Source of the DNA: Candidatus Latescibacterota bacterium
GTDB lineage: Bacteria; Latescibacterota; UBA2968; GCA-2709665
Direction: 5' to 3'
NCBI GenBank assembly: GCA_965248435.1
Contig: OZ252100.1
Coordinates: 3,488,001-3,552,000 of the forward strand
DNA length: 64,000 bases
The notes below the pieces were generated by a model. It was not told the origin of the DNA. It did not search any database and worked only from the letters and a program-made list of their open reading frames with translations. A program made the position numbers and the translations under genes. Positions 1 to 9,622 of the stretch are shown one piece after another (within the stretch, counting starts at the first letter, position 1; the number at the start of each line of letters is the position of its first letter).

Positions 1-914
1 ATCATCGCCACTATGCCCTCGCGAGCCGCCTCATCGGTGCGGGCTGCCGAATGTGCAAACGCGGCCGAACCGAGCCCCGCCTCGTTGGAAAATGCGGCCC
101 GTTTGACTCCAGTGACCAGGACGCCCACCAGACCGCCGTAGAGTGCCTGAGGTGAAAAGGCCTCACTAAAGATTGTCACGATAAGCGCCGGGACTTCGCC
201 GATCCTGGAGAGGATGATGAGGAGCGAGGTCAGCACGTAGAGGACACACATAACCGGGACGATGCGAGAGGTGACGCTGCCGATGCGCCGAATGCCTCCG
301 ATGATCACGATTGCCACGAACGCCGAGAAGAGAACGCCCATAAGCCAGCTGTAGGTCTTGAACCCGGGGTGGACTGTGCTGAGGATTTCAAGGGTCTGGT
401 TGGCCTGGAACATGTTTCCGCCGCCGAGCGATCCGCCGATGGTCAAGAGCGCGAACAAGACCGCCAGCGTCCGTCCGAGGGGTCGGAGACCTTTTGAGCT
501 GAGACCGTGCTCGAGGTAGTACATGGGGCCGCCAGATATGTGTCCATCCGGATGGACCTGGCGATACATGATGGCCAGGGTGCAGGAGGCGAGCTTGGAG
601 GACATCCCGAACAGGGCCGTTAACATCATCCAGAAGACCGCGCCCGGACCACCGAGCCCCACCGCGATGGCCACACCAGCTATGTTTCCGAGACCGATCG
701 TGGCAGAGAGTGCGCTCGTGAGTGCCTGGAAGTGAGAAATTTCACCCGGGTCGTCGGGGTTGTCGTAGCGCCCCCGGATCACGTCGATCGAGTGCCTCAG
801 ACCCCGGAGCGAGAGCCACTTGAAGAAGAAGGAGTAGTAGACGCCCCCAAGGACGAGCACCACGACGATGAGAGGAACCCCCGTGCCGAGGTCTGCAAAC
901 AGGATGGCGGCCAT
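1..914 (-). CDS. Alanine/glycine:cation symporter (AGCS family), runs off window start; N-terminal part probably in ORF 914..1096 via a frameshift
   Basis: Manual translation: MAAILFADLGTGVPLIVVVLVLGG...GEISHFQALTSALSATIGLGNIAGVAIAVGLGGPGAVFWM...GGGNMFQANQ...RAAFSNEAGLGSA (AGCS signatures). Confidence 0.9.
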   Translation of the reverse strand, partial: MAAILFADLGTGVPLIVVVLVLGGVYYSFFFKWLSLRGLRHSIDVIRGRYDNPDDPGEISHFQALTSALSATIGLGNIAGVAIAVGLGGPGAVFWMMLTALFGMSSKLASCTLAIMYRQVHPDGHISGGPMYYLEHGLSSKGLRPLGRTLAVLFALLTIGGSLGGGNMFQANQTLEILSTVHPGFKTYSWLMGVLFSAFVAIVIIGGIRRIGSVTSRIVPVMCVLYVLTSLLIILSRIGEVPALIVTIFSEAFSPQALYGGLVGVLVTGVKRAAFSNEAGLGSAAFAHSAARTDEAAREGIVAM

Positions 915-1096
915 CAGACCCACGTTTCTCCAAGCAGATCGTTCAGTCTCTCGATTTGGCCCTCAACCCACAGCGAAACCGTGGAGGGCTGAGAAAAGAG
1001 GTGACCTGAATCTTCGGCAAATGCAGGATTCACGAACGCAAGGTGGGCAACCCAAACCGACAGAATAGGCAGAACAGTTTGCCTGAGTTTGATCAT
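914..1096 (-). pseudogene. Probable N-terminal fragment (signal peptide plus first helix) of the AGCS symporter
   Basis: 60-aa ORF with signal-peptide-like start (..VNPAFA|ED); one extra base after GAAAC would fuse it as ..LLGETVGLMAAILF. Confidence 0.6.
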
Positions 1097-1110
1097 GGAG
1101 CTTCCCCTGG

Positions 1111-1962
1111 TTAGAGATTCGGATGGAAACTTTGATAAAGTATAGCGAAACCGGCAGCAAAGATGACCAAAGTCAGCAGTAGTCTGAGTTTGGTTTCAGG
1201 AAGCCTTGCTGTCAACTGGCTCCCATAATAGACGCCGGGAATCGATCCGAGAGACATCAGGACGGCTGCAAGGATGTGAAGCTGACCCCCGTTGCCGTAG
1301 ATCAGCGAGGAAACCAGAGTCAGAATCAGGCCTATGAAGACGCAGGTTCCAACGCTTTGAGTGGCAGGGAGCCTGAAGCAGAGGAGCAGGACAGGGATGC
1401 CGAGGATGCCTGCGCCCAGCGCGGTGGCCCCGACGATGGCTCCGACGACGATTCCAAGGAGCGCGCTGGCCAACAACCTTATCACGGTCTCACGCATAAT
1501 GTCCTGAATTCTTCGTCCCTTGATAAGCGTCCAGATCAGGAGCGCGGCCCCCAAAAGCATTGCACATCCAACGAGGACCATCAGGTCTTGTTGAAACAAC
1601 AATCTTATCTCGGGATCCTGGGTTCCAGCACGCTCGTTTACAACCCACGCGGCGATTACGTCTCCCGGGATTGCGCCCATCAAGAAGAATGCTGACAGCC
1701 TGTAGCGAATCGTTCCGAGCATGAAGTGGCGATAGGTCGCAAAGATCTTCGTCAGAAAGGTGTAAAGGCTGGCTGTCCCCACCGCCATCGAGGCGTCTAA
1801 ACCGAATCCCATGGCCAATGCAGGCACGGCCAGTATACCTCCGCCAATGGCGGTCATTCCGATACAGAAGCCGATGACTGCTCCCGTGACAATCAGGAGC
1901 GTAATGTGAAGCGGAGCAAGCTCCAAGAGCCGGGTCCAGAGATCGGTCTGCAAGGGCGTCAC
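1111..1962 (-). CDS. Sulfite exporter TauE/SafE family membrane protein
   Basis: GMTAIGGGILAVPAL, AVGTASLY, second repeat GATALGAGILGIP/QSVGT; GTG start overlaps the trmY stop (GTGA). Confidence 0.85.
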   Translation of the reverse strand: MTPLQTDLWTRLLELAPLHITLLIVTGAVIGFCIGMTAIGGGILAVPALAMGFGLDASMAVGTASLYTFLTKIFATYRHFMLGTIRYRLSAFFLMGAIPGDVIAAWVVNERAGTQDPEIRLLFQQDLMVLVGCAMLLGAALLIWTLIKGRRIQDIMRETVIRLLASALLGIVVGAIVGATALGAGILGIPVLLLCFRLPATQSVGTCVFIGLILTLVSSLIYGNGGQLHILAAVLMSLGSIPGVYYGSQLTARLPETKLRLLLTLVIFAAGFAILYQSFHPNL

Positions 1963-2561
1963 GCTACACCCTGGCGGTCGAGCTCGTTGTGGACGAGGAC
2001 GATGCACTGAGAGGCGAAGAGGGTCTTTGGACCCACACTCATGGATTGGAGGCCGAGTCGCTGGAGATATTTGTCGCTCTTTTTCGGCATCGCGAGATGG
2101 TCGCTGAACACGAAGACGGGATGGGCATCGAAAGAAATCGTCCGAACGTCTGTGCCGTCTGGTTTCAAAAGGTAGGGCACAGAACAAGCACATTTCTCTT
2201 TGACCAGGGGTTCAAAACCTTTTTTGCAAACAAAAAGGCCACTGTCGACCTCCTTTTCTTGCCCGGGCGAGAGGCCCAGTCCTTCCCCGAGAAGGGTTTT
2301 GATGATCGAGCAGATGCCTCGCTCGTCCGATCCTTCCAGAGTGCCGAGCGTCTCGCTTTCGAATCTGAGCGTCTTTGGAGGATCTCCTGGGCCGTCCAGG
2401 ACGACGTGGATGACCGTCCGGGAGCGGATCTGCTTTGAATAGAACAGCGCGTTGGCCACGCAATGGGCCACGATTTCCATTCTCCCTGCTCTACGCAAGT
2501 CGTCCAGCGAAAAATCGGGTGTCGTTCGGCCCCGTCGTGCGCGAAGGATAAATTCTCTCAT
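1959..2561 (-). CDS. trmY: tRNA (pseudouridine54-N1)-methyltransferase, SPOUT family
   Basis: MREFILRAR..FSLDDL..AGRMEIVAHCVANALFYS..IR; PVFVFSDH; SVGPKTLFASQCIVLVHNELD. Confidence 0.85.
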   Translation of the reverse strand: MREFILRARRGRTTPDFSLDDLRRAGRMEIVAHCVANALFYSKQIRSRTVIHVVLDGPGDPPKTLRFESETLGTLEGSDERGICSIIKTLLGEGLGLSPGQEKEVDSGLFVCKKGFEPLVKEKCACSVPYLLKPDGTDVRTISFDAHPVFVFSDHLAMPKKSDKYLQRLGLQSMSVGPKTLFASQCIVLVHNELDRQGVA

Positions 2562-2582
2562 GGCCTAACTTAGAAGGAGCTG

Positions 2583-3356
2583 GTGATGGTTAGGAACAGA
2601 CTGGGCTGGATTTGTTTGACGATCATTTTTTACCTGTTGGAGACGCACCCCGCCCCGGCAGGGAAGCTTTCCACTGAAGACCCAAAGACCGATGCCGTGA
2701 TGGTCTCACTTCAAAAGAGATTGAAAAAAGTCGAGGCCTGCAGCTGCAAGGTTGTCACTGTCGTTCATTTGATGGGTCAGAAATTTCAGATCAACGGCAC
2801 TGCATATTTTATGGTCCCGGGAAAGATGCGCATCGATAAAGTCCTGCCCGGCGAAACGAATCAAACAGTTGTCTCGGATGGGGGCACGCTCTGGATCTAC
2901 GATGCTCAGGAAAAGGTGGCTTCGCGAACGAATCTCGGGAGGGTCTTCGAGGCCACAGGTCTGGAGGCGGATGCAGACAACCCTGACCCTACCCGTCCAT
3001 TCCGAGGTCTTGAGTGGAAGCAGATTCGATATATGGGAACAGAGGTCGTCGATGACGTGAGTTACCGCGTTTTCGAGGCCAAGCCTCAGGTGACCCTACT
3101 TCACGCAGAACTACCGGATGTCCCGAAGAAGGCCCGCGTCTTTATTCACCCGAAGGACGGAATGATGCGGTCGATTCATTTCATCGATGCCTCGGGTGAG
3201 GAGGTCCTATCCCAGCGGTTTGAGGAGATGGTGGTCAACCCTAAGCTGGATAAAAGCCTGTTTGAATTCGTGATCCCGTCGGGAGTACATATTATCGATA
3301 CGACGAATGAGGCCATTCAGATCTTGAAAGGGGCTTCTGGAAATGGAGGCCCGTAG
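2583..3356 (+). CDS. LolA-like outer-membrane lipoprotein carrier/sorting protein
   Basis: Signal peptide; PGKMRID..QTVVSDGGTLWIYD; NPKLDKSLFEFVIPSGV. Confidence 0.75.
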   Translation: MMVRNRLGWICLTIIFYLLETHPAPAGKLSTEDPKTDAVMVSLQKRLKKVEACSCKVVTVVHLMGQKFQINGTAYFMVPGKMRIDKVLPGETNQTVVSDGGTLWIYDAQEKVASRTNLGRVFEATGLEADADNPDPTRPFRGLEWKQIRYMGTEVVDDVSYRVFEAKPQVTLLHAELPDVPKKARVFIHPKDGMMRSIHFIDASGEEVLSQRFEEMVVNPKLDKSLFEFVIPSGVHIIDTTNEAIQILKGASGNGGP

Positions 3357-3370
3357 TGGGGAAAAACCGA

Positions 3371-3904
3371 CTACTGCAGTATGTATCGTTCAAAGTAAAT
3401 ATCTTTTATCGGCGGCGGGACGGGCTCCTCCACGAGCGCAGCCGCACCTTCTGTCCATCCAAGCAACGCGTTAAACTCGGATAGTATCTCCTGTCGGGCC
3501 TCTTCCTTGAATTTGGGTGTACGGAGTTCGTCCTTGGTGTAGATGCTGAAGATGTCGATAACGATGTTTTGTGCCTTGGGGAGGATCCAGGGTTTGTCTA
3601 GAAGTTCGACTAAGATATCGGCGTCTTGGAACAGGATGTTGATCTTGAGAATCAAAAAGAATCGGCCCCGGCTGTCTACGGGGTTGATAAGCAGCTGCGG
3701 AAACAGGTCATAGATGTTGTCTGCTGACACATTCTCAGGAGGTTCCCAGGTTGGCAGTGCCGATTCCTCCACGGGAACTTCCCTTATGAAGAAGAACCAG
3801 ACAAGTCCACCAATGATGACGAGGAGGAGCACCACGGCAATGATAATCGCCGGGATGTTAAGCTCCTCGTCCTCCTCCTCATCTAAAAGTTCATCATCAG
3901 CCAT
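3371..3904 (-). CDS. fliL: Flagellar basal body-associated protein FliL
   Basis: Single N-terminal TM; LLINPVDSRGRFFLILKINI; ELRTPKFKEEARQEI..FN; IKDIYFERYILQ C-terminus. Confidence 0.8.
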   Translation of the reverse strand: MADDELLDEEEDEELNIPAIIIAVVLLLVIIGGLVWFFFIREVPVEESALPTWEPPENVSADNIYDLFPQLLINPVDSRGRFFLILKINILFQDADILVELLDKPWILPKAQNIVIDIFSIYTKDELRTPKFKEEARQEILSEFNALLGWTEGAAALVEEPVPPPIKDIYFERYILQ

Positions 3905-3974
3905 GGCACAAGCGCTTTATGGGTTGGATCTTGTGTAAATCGTCGTGTAGACAACTTTCCGTTTCATCACTCAT

Positions 3975-4634
3975 CTACGTCTCCCCATACCGTTGCAGGT
4001 AGTCTTGAACATTGGCGAGGTGTTTTTCTTTCCCGTTGACGCTGCGTGCTGCCAGGTGGTCTATAACCTCGTAAATGGTGACGATCGATCGAACCTCGAT
4101 TCCGGTCGCCTGCGCAAGCGCACGGGAAGCGCTTCCGCCGTCTGGCTTTCTCTCCTTACGATCAAGGGCGACGATAAGCCCAAGTATTTCGGCAGAGGAA
4201 GTGTCCCTGAGCCGTTGAATGGTCTCAATCTTTGTCGTTCCTTCGGTGATCACGTCGTCTACGATGACGATCTTGTCTTCTTCCGTCGGGATTCTTCCAA
4301 CAACCCAACCGCCCTCCCCGTGTGGTTTGTGCTCTTTTCGGTTGAAGCTGTAGCAGGAGCTCACGTTAAAGCGTCGCTTCAGGGCGATGGCCGTAGAGAC
4401 GCAGATCGGGATACCCTTGTATGCCGGGCCAAACACGATGGTAACCTCGTCCCTCAACTCCTGGAACGCTGAGGCATAAAAATATCCCAGTCGGTCGACA
4501 TCCTCACCGGAGTTAAACTGCCCGGCATCGAAAAAATAGGGTGAAATCCTGTCGCTCTTGAGTCGAAATTCACCGAAGCGGAGCGCACCCGTCTGGACAA
4601 GGAACTCGATGAACTCCTCCTGGTAGTCCTCCAT
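3975..4634 (-). CDS. pyrE: Orotate phosphoribosyltransferase
   Basis: FGEFRLKSDRISPYFFDAG, FGPAYKGIP, FNRKEHKPHGEGG, IVDDVITEGT; start taken at MEDYQ. Confidence 0.95.
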   Translation of the reverse strand: MEDYQEEFIEFLVQTGALRFGEFRLKSDRISPYFFDAGQFNSGEDVDRLGYFYASAFQELRDEVTIVFGPAYKGIPICVSTAIALKRRFNVSSCYSFNRKEHKPHGEGGWVVGRIPTEEDKIVIVDDVITEGTTKIETIQRLRDTSSAEILGLIVALDRKERKPDGGSASRALAQATGIEVRSIVTIYEVIDHLAARSVNGKEKHLANVQDYLQRYGET

Positions 4635-4854
4635 CTGGGACCCCTTAATGTTCTTGACGGTATGATTTGGAGGGACGATCTTAAACGTCTTGGGGAGATG
4701 TGCGCCTTGCGGGGGGGAGGAGATGCTCTCGAAATCCAAGAGGATGCGGACAATTGGCTTTTAAGATAATAGGATGACAGGATAATTCCAAGTCATTTTC
4801 CAGCAACGATTTTCCAGAATTTTGCCTACTGGCGGGCTCGATTCGGCCATCAGA

Positions 4855-6105
4855 ATGAACTCAACTTTAGAACCTGTGTTGTTGAACGCCGCGCCCGGCG
4901 GCTGGGGCAATGAGGTCGATCGCCTCCGCACCCTGCTGGGTGCTCCAGACAATCCGGCCCTCTTCCCTCCACACTTCCTGAAGGCCACGTTTCCGAGTAT
5001 CGATGGTCGAATCATTTTGTTTGAGCTTGAACAGAAACCGGCAGCGGTCGGTTTCGTGTTCCCGCTCTCTTCTGGAGCACATTCTCGCCAGTTCACGCTG
5101 CGATTCCACCGGGTTGTCAGGGATCTCGACATAGGCCAGGCTGAATCGGTCCTCAAAGCGAGCGGGCTGCTTGGGAAGGACGAGGCTGTGTTCTATGACC
5201 CCCGTTCGGAACAGACGTATGCCAGTAGAAAGTCCGGACAGGTGAGGGATCTCGACGTGGGTCTGCCAGATGCGGAAGAGGCCTTGGCATTTCCGAGGCT
5301 GCAGGACCAGATCTGGCGCGGCGAACGGGATTTCCTCTACCCGAGCGACATTCATTCAAAGGGGTTTGGTTCGAGCTTGTCTCTTGTCGCGAGGTTCAGG
5401 GGCGCCCCGGCCGGATTTCTGTTTGGATTCTATAAGTTTGGTGAACCTTTGCTCCCTGAAATCTGGCGACTGAGATCCGAAGGGCGCCTCAAGGTCGAAT
5501 CCCAGCTGTTGGGTGTGCTTCCGGAATACCGAAGATTCGGGGTAGGATTCGCGTTAAAAAGGGCTCAGGCGGAGACTGCCCGTCGCGAGGGAATCGACGT
5601 CATCAACTGGACCGTTGATCCCCTGCAGTTCGCCAATGCCCGACTCAATTTTGGCCGATTGAGAGCGATTTCCTTCGATTTCTATCCGGATCATTACCCC
5701 TTCAGGAATGAGCTGAACCAGGTAGCGCCTTCCAGGCTTGGAATCACGTGGCTTGTCGACTCGCAGCGAGTGCGGAACGCACTTTCTGAACGCTCGGGGC
5801 CCGGCGTGGTTGATCTGGAGAAAGAGAAGGGGATCCAGAAATTGGATAGAGATTGGCAGAAGGAGGGGCTGGACGGGGATGCTCCGGGGATCGCGCTCGA
5901 GATTCCGGGAAACTGGGCCGCACTGCAAAAGGAGTCAGCGGAGGAGGCGTGGGCCTGGCGGGAGGCAACCGACACATTTTTTCAGAACCACCTGGGATTT
6001 GGGCAAGGGCAGTACGTCTTGACTGATGTCGGGGAGGTGGGGGATAGGAAATTCCTGGTAGCCAGAAGGGCTGACACGGAGCTGCTGAACCAGCTGGGGA
6101 ATTAA
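4855..6105 (+). CDS. GNAT-superfamily acyltransferase (probable D-amino acid N-succinyltransferase) with long N-terminal extension
   Basis: ESQLLGVLPEYRRFGVGFALKRAQ, INWTVDPLQFANARLNFGRL, SRLGITW; adjacent to NSAR/OSBS and M20 genes. Confidence 0.75.
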   Translation: MNSTLEPVLLNAAPGGWGNEVDRLRTLLGAPDNPALFPPHFLKATFPSIDGRIILFELEQKPAAVGFVFPLSSGAHSRQFTLRFHRVVRDLDIGQAESVLKASGLLGKDEAVFYDPRSEQTYASRKSGQVRDLDVGLPDAEEALAFPRLQDQIWRGERDFLYPSDIHSKGFGSSLSLVARFRGAPAGFLFGFYKFGEPLLPEIWRLRSEGRLKVESQLLGVLPEYRRFGVGFALKRAQAETARREGIDVINWTVDPLQFANARLNFGRLRAISFDFYPDHYPFRNELNQVAPSRLGITWLVDSQRVRNALSERSGPGVVDLEKEKGIQKLDRDWQKEGLDGDAPGIALEIPGNWAALQKESAEEAWAWREATDTFFQNHLGFGQGQYVLTDVGEVGDRKFLVARRADTELLNQLGN

Positions 6106-6114
6106 TGACGGGAG

Positions 6115-7227
6115 ATGCCTGACGTGCAGGTTGAACGAGTTGATTTGATGATCGTGAGGATGCCGCTCATTCGATCATTCGAGACCAGTTCGAGCAAAAG
6201 AAGACATCTGGACCATATTCTCGTAAAGGCCTACACGGAGGGCCTCGTGGGATGGGGTGAGTGTGCGGTCCCGCCCGATCCTTTCTACTGCGAAGAGACG
6301 ACGGAGACCTGCTGGCACATTCTGAATGACTTCCTGGTTCCGCTCGTTCTTGGCAAGCCCTGGAGTCGCGTAGAAGAATTACTGCGCCAGTATGAGAAGG
6401 TGAAGCGAAATCGTTTCGCGAAGGCAGGGCTCGAGATGGCTTTTTGGGATATCCTGTCTCAAGCGGAGGGACAGGCCCTGCACGTCCTGTTGGGCGGGAC
6501 GCGGGAAGCGATTGAATCCGGTGTCAGCTTGGGCATCGAGAGGGACATACAGCACTTACTCGATCTTATTGATGGATTCCTCGAGGAAGGCTACCGACGC
6601 ATCAAACTCAAGATCGCTCCGGGTCGGGATGTGGATGTCGTCAGACGTGTGAGGGAACGCTATCCAGATGTCCCGCTCATGGTGGATGCGAATTCGGCCT
6701 ATCGACTCTCGGATCTGTCCGTCATCAAGGAGCTTGATGCATTCGATTTGATGCTGATCGAACAGCCTTTAGCACACGATGACATCGTGGATCACGCCAA
6801 GCTTCAAAGAGAGATCCAAACTCCTGTTTGTCTCGACGAGAGTATTCATTCATCCGAGGATGCGCGTAAGGCGCTGGATTTGGAAAGCTGCCGGGTGATC
6901 AACATCAAGGTCAGCCGGCTGGGCGGACTACTGGAGGCCAAACGCGTCCACGATCTTTGTCACGGCCGCGGTGTTCCCGTTTGGTGTGGCGGGATGCACG
7001 AGTATGGCATCGGACGCGCCGCGAACGTGGCCATCTCAAGCCTGCCCGGTTTTAGCATTCCGGGAGATGTGTCGGGGTCGGACAAGTACTACGCTGAAGA
7101 TTTGATCGATCCCCCGATTCGTGCCGTGGACGGCTGCATAACGCTACCAAAACTACCCGGGCTGGGCTATGCAGCCATGGAAGATCGTATTCAGCGGCAT
7201 ACGACGAGAACGGCTTCGCTGACCTGA
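6115..7227 (+). CDS. menC: N-succinylamino acid racemase / o-succinylbenzoate synthase (enolase superfamily)
   Basis: RIKLKI, MVDANSAY, IEQPL, LDESI, NIKVSRLGG, WCGGMHEYGIGRA, PGDVSGSDKYY. Confidence 0.9.
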   Translation: MPDVQVERVDLMIVRMPLIRSFETSSSKRRHLDHILVKAYTEGLVGWGECAVPPDPFYCEETTETCWHILNDFLVPLVLGKPWSRVEELLRQYEKVKRNRFAKAGLEMAFWDILSQAEGQALHVLLGGTREAIESGVSLGIERDIQHLLDLIDGFLEEGYRRIKLKIAPGRDVDVVRRVRERYPDVPLMVDANSAYRLSDLSVIKELDAFDLMLIEQPLAHDDIVDHAKLQREIQTPVCLDESIHSSEDARKALDLESCRVINIKVSRLGGLLEAKRVHDLCHGRGVPVWCGGMHEYGIGRAANVAISSLPGFSIPGDVSGSDKYYAEDLIDPPIRAVDGCITLPKLPGLGYAAMEDRIQRHTTRTASLT

Positions 7228-7235
7228 TTTCCTGG

Positions 7236-8393
7236 ATGGTGATGGATATGCAAACCGCATTTACAGAATACTTCACCGAGAACCTTCCAGCCATGCTGGA
7301 TAGACTAAAAGAGCTCGTGGAACACGAAACACCAAGTACGGACAAGCCCGCTCTCGACGAAATGGCGAGACGCCTCAAGTCTAACTTTCAGGATGCCGGT
7401 GCAGAGGTTTCCATTGTTCCGAATAAAACCCGTGGCGACCAGGTGTTAGCCGTTTACGCCGCCGATTGTGAATCTCCGGACACTCGATCGGCGCTCATCC
7501 TGAGTCATTCAGACACCGTCTGGCCGTCCGGAACGCTCGCCGCTCGCCCCTTTCGGGTAGAGGAGAACAGGGCCTTCGGGCCTGGAATCTTCGATATGAA
7601 GACCAGCATTGTCATGGCCGAGTTTGCACTGCGCGCGATCAGGGACCTCGGACTGATCCTGCCACGACCGGTTACACTGCTCGTTACCTCGGATGAGGAG
7701 CTTGGCAGTCCCACCTCCCGGGAGCTGGTTGAGGCACACGCCAGGGAGGCCGAATACGCCCTGGTCCTGGAATCCCCGTTGCCCGGAGGTGTCCTGAAGA
7801 CGGCACGGAAGGGCGTTGGATATTTCCTGTTGGAGATCGAGGGTCGGGCGGCCCACGCCGGCATCGATCCTGAAAGGGGCAGCAGCGCGATTTCTGAACT
7901 GGCACAGCAGATTCTTCGTTTGAATGGTCTGGCAGACGCCTCGCGGGGAAGCACTGTCAACGTTGGTGTTGTAGGAGGAGGATCGCGTCCCAATGTCATT
8001 CCTGCCCGAGCCAGGGCGGAGATAGACGTACGCGTATCGGTCGTCTCGGAAGCAGGACGCATCGAGGTTGCGATTCTGGAGTCAAAGCCGCTCACCCCTG
8101 GGACACGTATCCGTGTCGAGGGAGGTTTCAAACGCCCACCCATGGAGCGGAGTCCCGGTATTGGGACGCTCTTCGAGCGAGCGAAAGAGATCGGGAATGG
8201 GCTCGGATTGGCGCTCGAGGAAGGTTCGACAGGGGGTGGAAGTGACGGCAATTTTTGCGCCTCTCTAGGTCTACCGACTTTGGACGGACTGGGTACACTG
8301 GGCGACGGGGCACACGCAGATCACGAGCATATTTATATTGATTCCATTCCGAGCCGCGCGGCTTTATTGCTGGCGCTCCTGCTGAATCTCTGA
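7236..8393 (+). CDS. M20 family metallopeptidase (CPG2-like; probable desuccinylase)
   Basis: SHSDTVW, GPGIFDMK, SDEELGS, GRAAHAG, GGGSDGNF, GAHADHE. Confidence 0.9.
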   Translation: MVMDMQTAFTEYFTENLPAMLDRLKELVEHETPSTDKPALDEMARRLKSNFQDAGAEVSIVPNKTRGDQVLAVYAADCESPDTRSALILSHSDTVWPSGTLAARPFRVEENRAFGPGIFDMKTSIVMAEFALRAIRDLGLILPRPVTLLVTSDEELGSPTSRELVEAHAREAEYALVLESPLPGGVLKTARKGVGYFLLEIEGRAAHAGIDPERGSSAISELAQQILRLNGLADASRGSTVNVGVVGGGSRPNVIPARARAEIDVRVSVVSEAGRIEVAILESKPLTPGTRIRVEGGFKRPPMERSPGIGTLFERAKEIGNGLGLALEEGSTGGGSDGNFCASLGLPTLDGLGTLGDGAHADHEHIYIDSIPSRAALLLALLLNL

Positions 8394-8435
8394 AGAACAA
8401 CGTTCACGCGGGCTGGTTCGTAAGTAAGTGGAGGC

Positions 8436-8475
8436 CGTTGATCGTTGATCGTTGATCGTCGTTCGTGGATCGTGG
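8436..8475. repeat. Heptamer tandem repeat (CGTTGAT)x3 plus degenerate units between convergent genes
   Basis: cgttgat cgttgat cgttgat cgtcgtt cgtggat cgtgg. Confidence 0.8.
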
Positions 8476-8496
8476 CAAGTCAGATTCGTTAGAGGA

Positions 8497-9567
8497 CTAT
8501 GAATCTTTTCCGGATAGAAAGTCTTTCTTCAGTTGGGACAGGAGGGCCTCCCGCTTGTCGTAGAGCCTTCGCAGAGAGCGACCTTTGTGGCGCTCCAGGG
8601 CGTACGCCGAGAGGATCGGGAGGGCGATCGAAGCATCACAGTAGCAAACGACGGTGTCGGGAAGGCCGGATGGATCCACCTTTCCCCACGTAACTGCTTC
8701 ACCCGGCGTCGCGCCGGAAAGGCCCCCTGTGTCGGGACGGGCGTCGGTAATCTGGATGAAATAGTCGTGACCGCTTTCGTCCAGTCCAAGGACCTCCTGA
8801 ATCTGAGGCTCGGTCTGCAGAATGAAGTTCTTCGGTGAGCCCCCGCCGATGATGAGGACCGCGCTTTTCCCTTCAGAGCGTTTCGCATCGTAGACGATTG
8901 CCGCGCATTCGTTCACGTCGATGCTTGGATCGATCTGGAGCCGATTCCCCCTCAGGGATTCCGCTGCAACATTCATTCCTATCGAGCTATCGCCAGGACT
9001 TGAGGTATAAATCGGCACGCCAGCCTTGTATGCAGTTGCAAGGAGGCTTTTCTCATTCTTGCCTACAGCGTTAGCGCGTTCACTGAAGTATCCTCCGACG
9101 TGATGGTAGAACTCGGCGGTCCCCATCACGCGTTGAAACCGTTCGCCTCTTATGACCTTCCTGAAGAAGGCATCCGTATCCAGTAGCACCTGGTAGTCGA
9201 ACAGGATATCGTAAATCCTGACCACACCCTCTTTCTTGAGTCGGGCATCGTCCTGCAAGGGGCTGTCGCGACGCATCGAATGTCCCAATCCAAAGTGTGC
9301 GTCGTGGTAGAGATTGGCCCCCGTGCTGACGATCCAATCTACCATCCCGCTTTCGATGAGCGGGATGAGACAACTCATACCAAGACCGGCCGGGGTAAGG
9401 GCGCCGGTAAGGCTCAAGCCGACGGTGACATCGGGCCGGAGGATTCGTTTCGAGAAAAGTGAACAGGCTTCTCTGAGACGCGCCCCGTTGTAGGCGAGGA
9501 ATGTCTCGTCAACGAGGTCCGAAACTAACATCCCGGGTTTGATCTTTTCGGGGGAAATCTCAGACAC
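8497..9567 (-). CDS. Deoxyhypusine synthase-like protein (probable homospermidine biosynthesis, SpeY-like)
   Basis: [54 protein letters not shown] (catalytic Lys present). Confidence 0.9.
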   Translation of the reverse strand: MSEISPEKIKPGMLVSDLVDETFLAYNGARLREACSLFSKRILRPDVTVGLSLTGALTPAGLGMSCLIPLIESGMVDWIVSTGANLYHDAHFGLGHSMRRDSPLQDDARLKKEGVVRIYDILFDYQVLLDTDAFFRKVIRGERFQRVMGTAEFYHHVGGYFSERANAVGKNEKSLLATAYKAGVPIYTSSPGDSSIGMNVAAESLRGNRLQIDPSIDVNECAAIVYDAKRSEGKSAVLIIGGGSPKNFILQTEPQIQEVLGLDESGHDYFIQITDARPDTGGLSGATPGEAVTWGKVDPSGLPDTVVCYCDASIALPILSAYALERHKGRSLRRLYDKREALLSQLKKDFLSGKDS

Positions 9568-9622
9568 GAATTTGCCTTCAGAACTTTAAGTTGAGTTTTT
9601 ACACCTGGCTCTCTTCAGGTCC

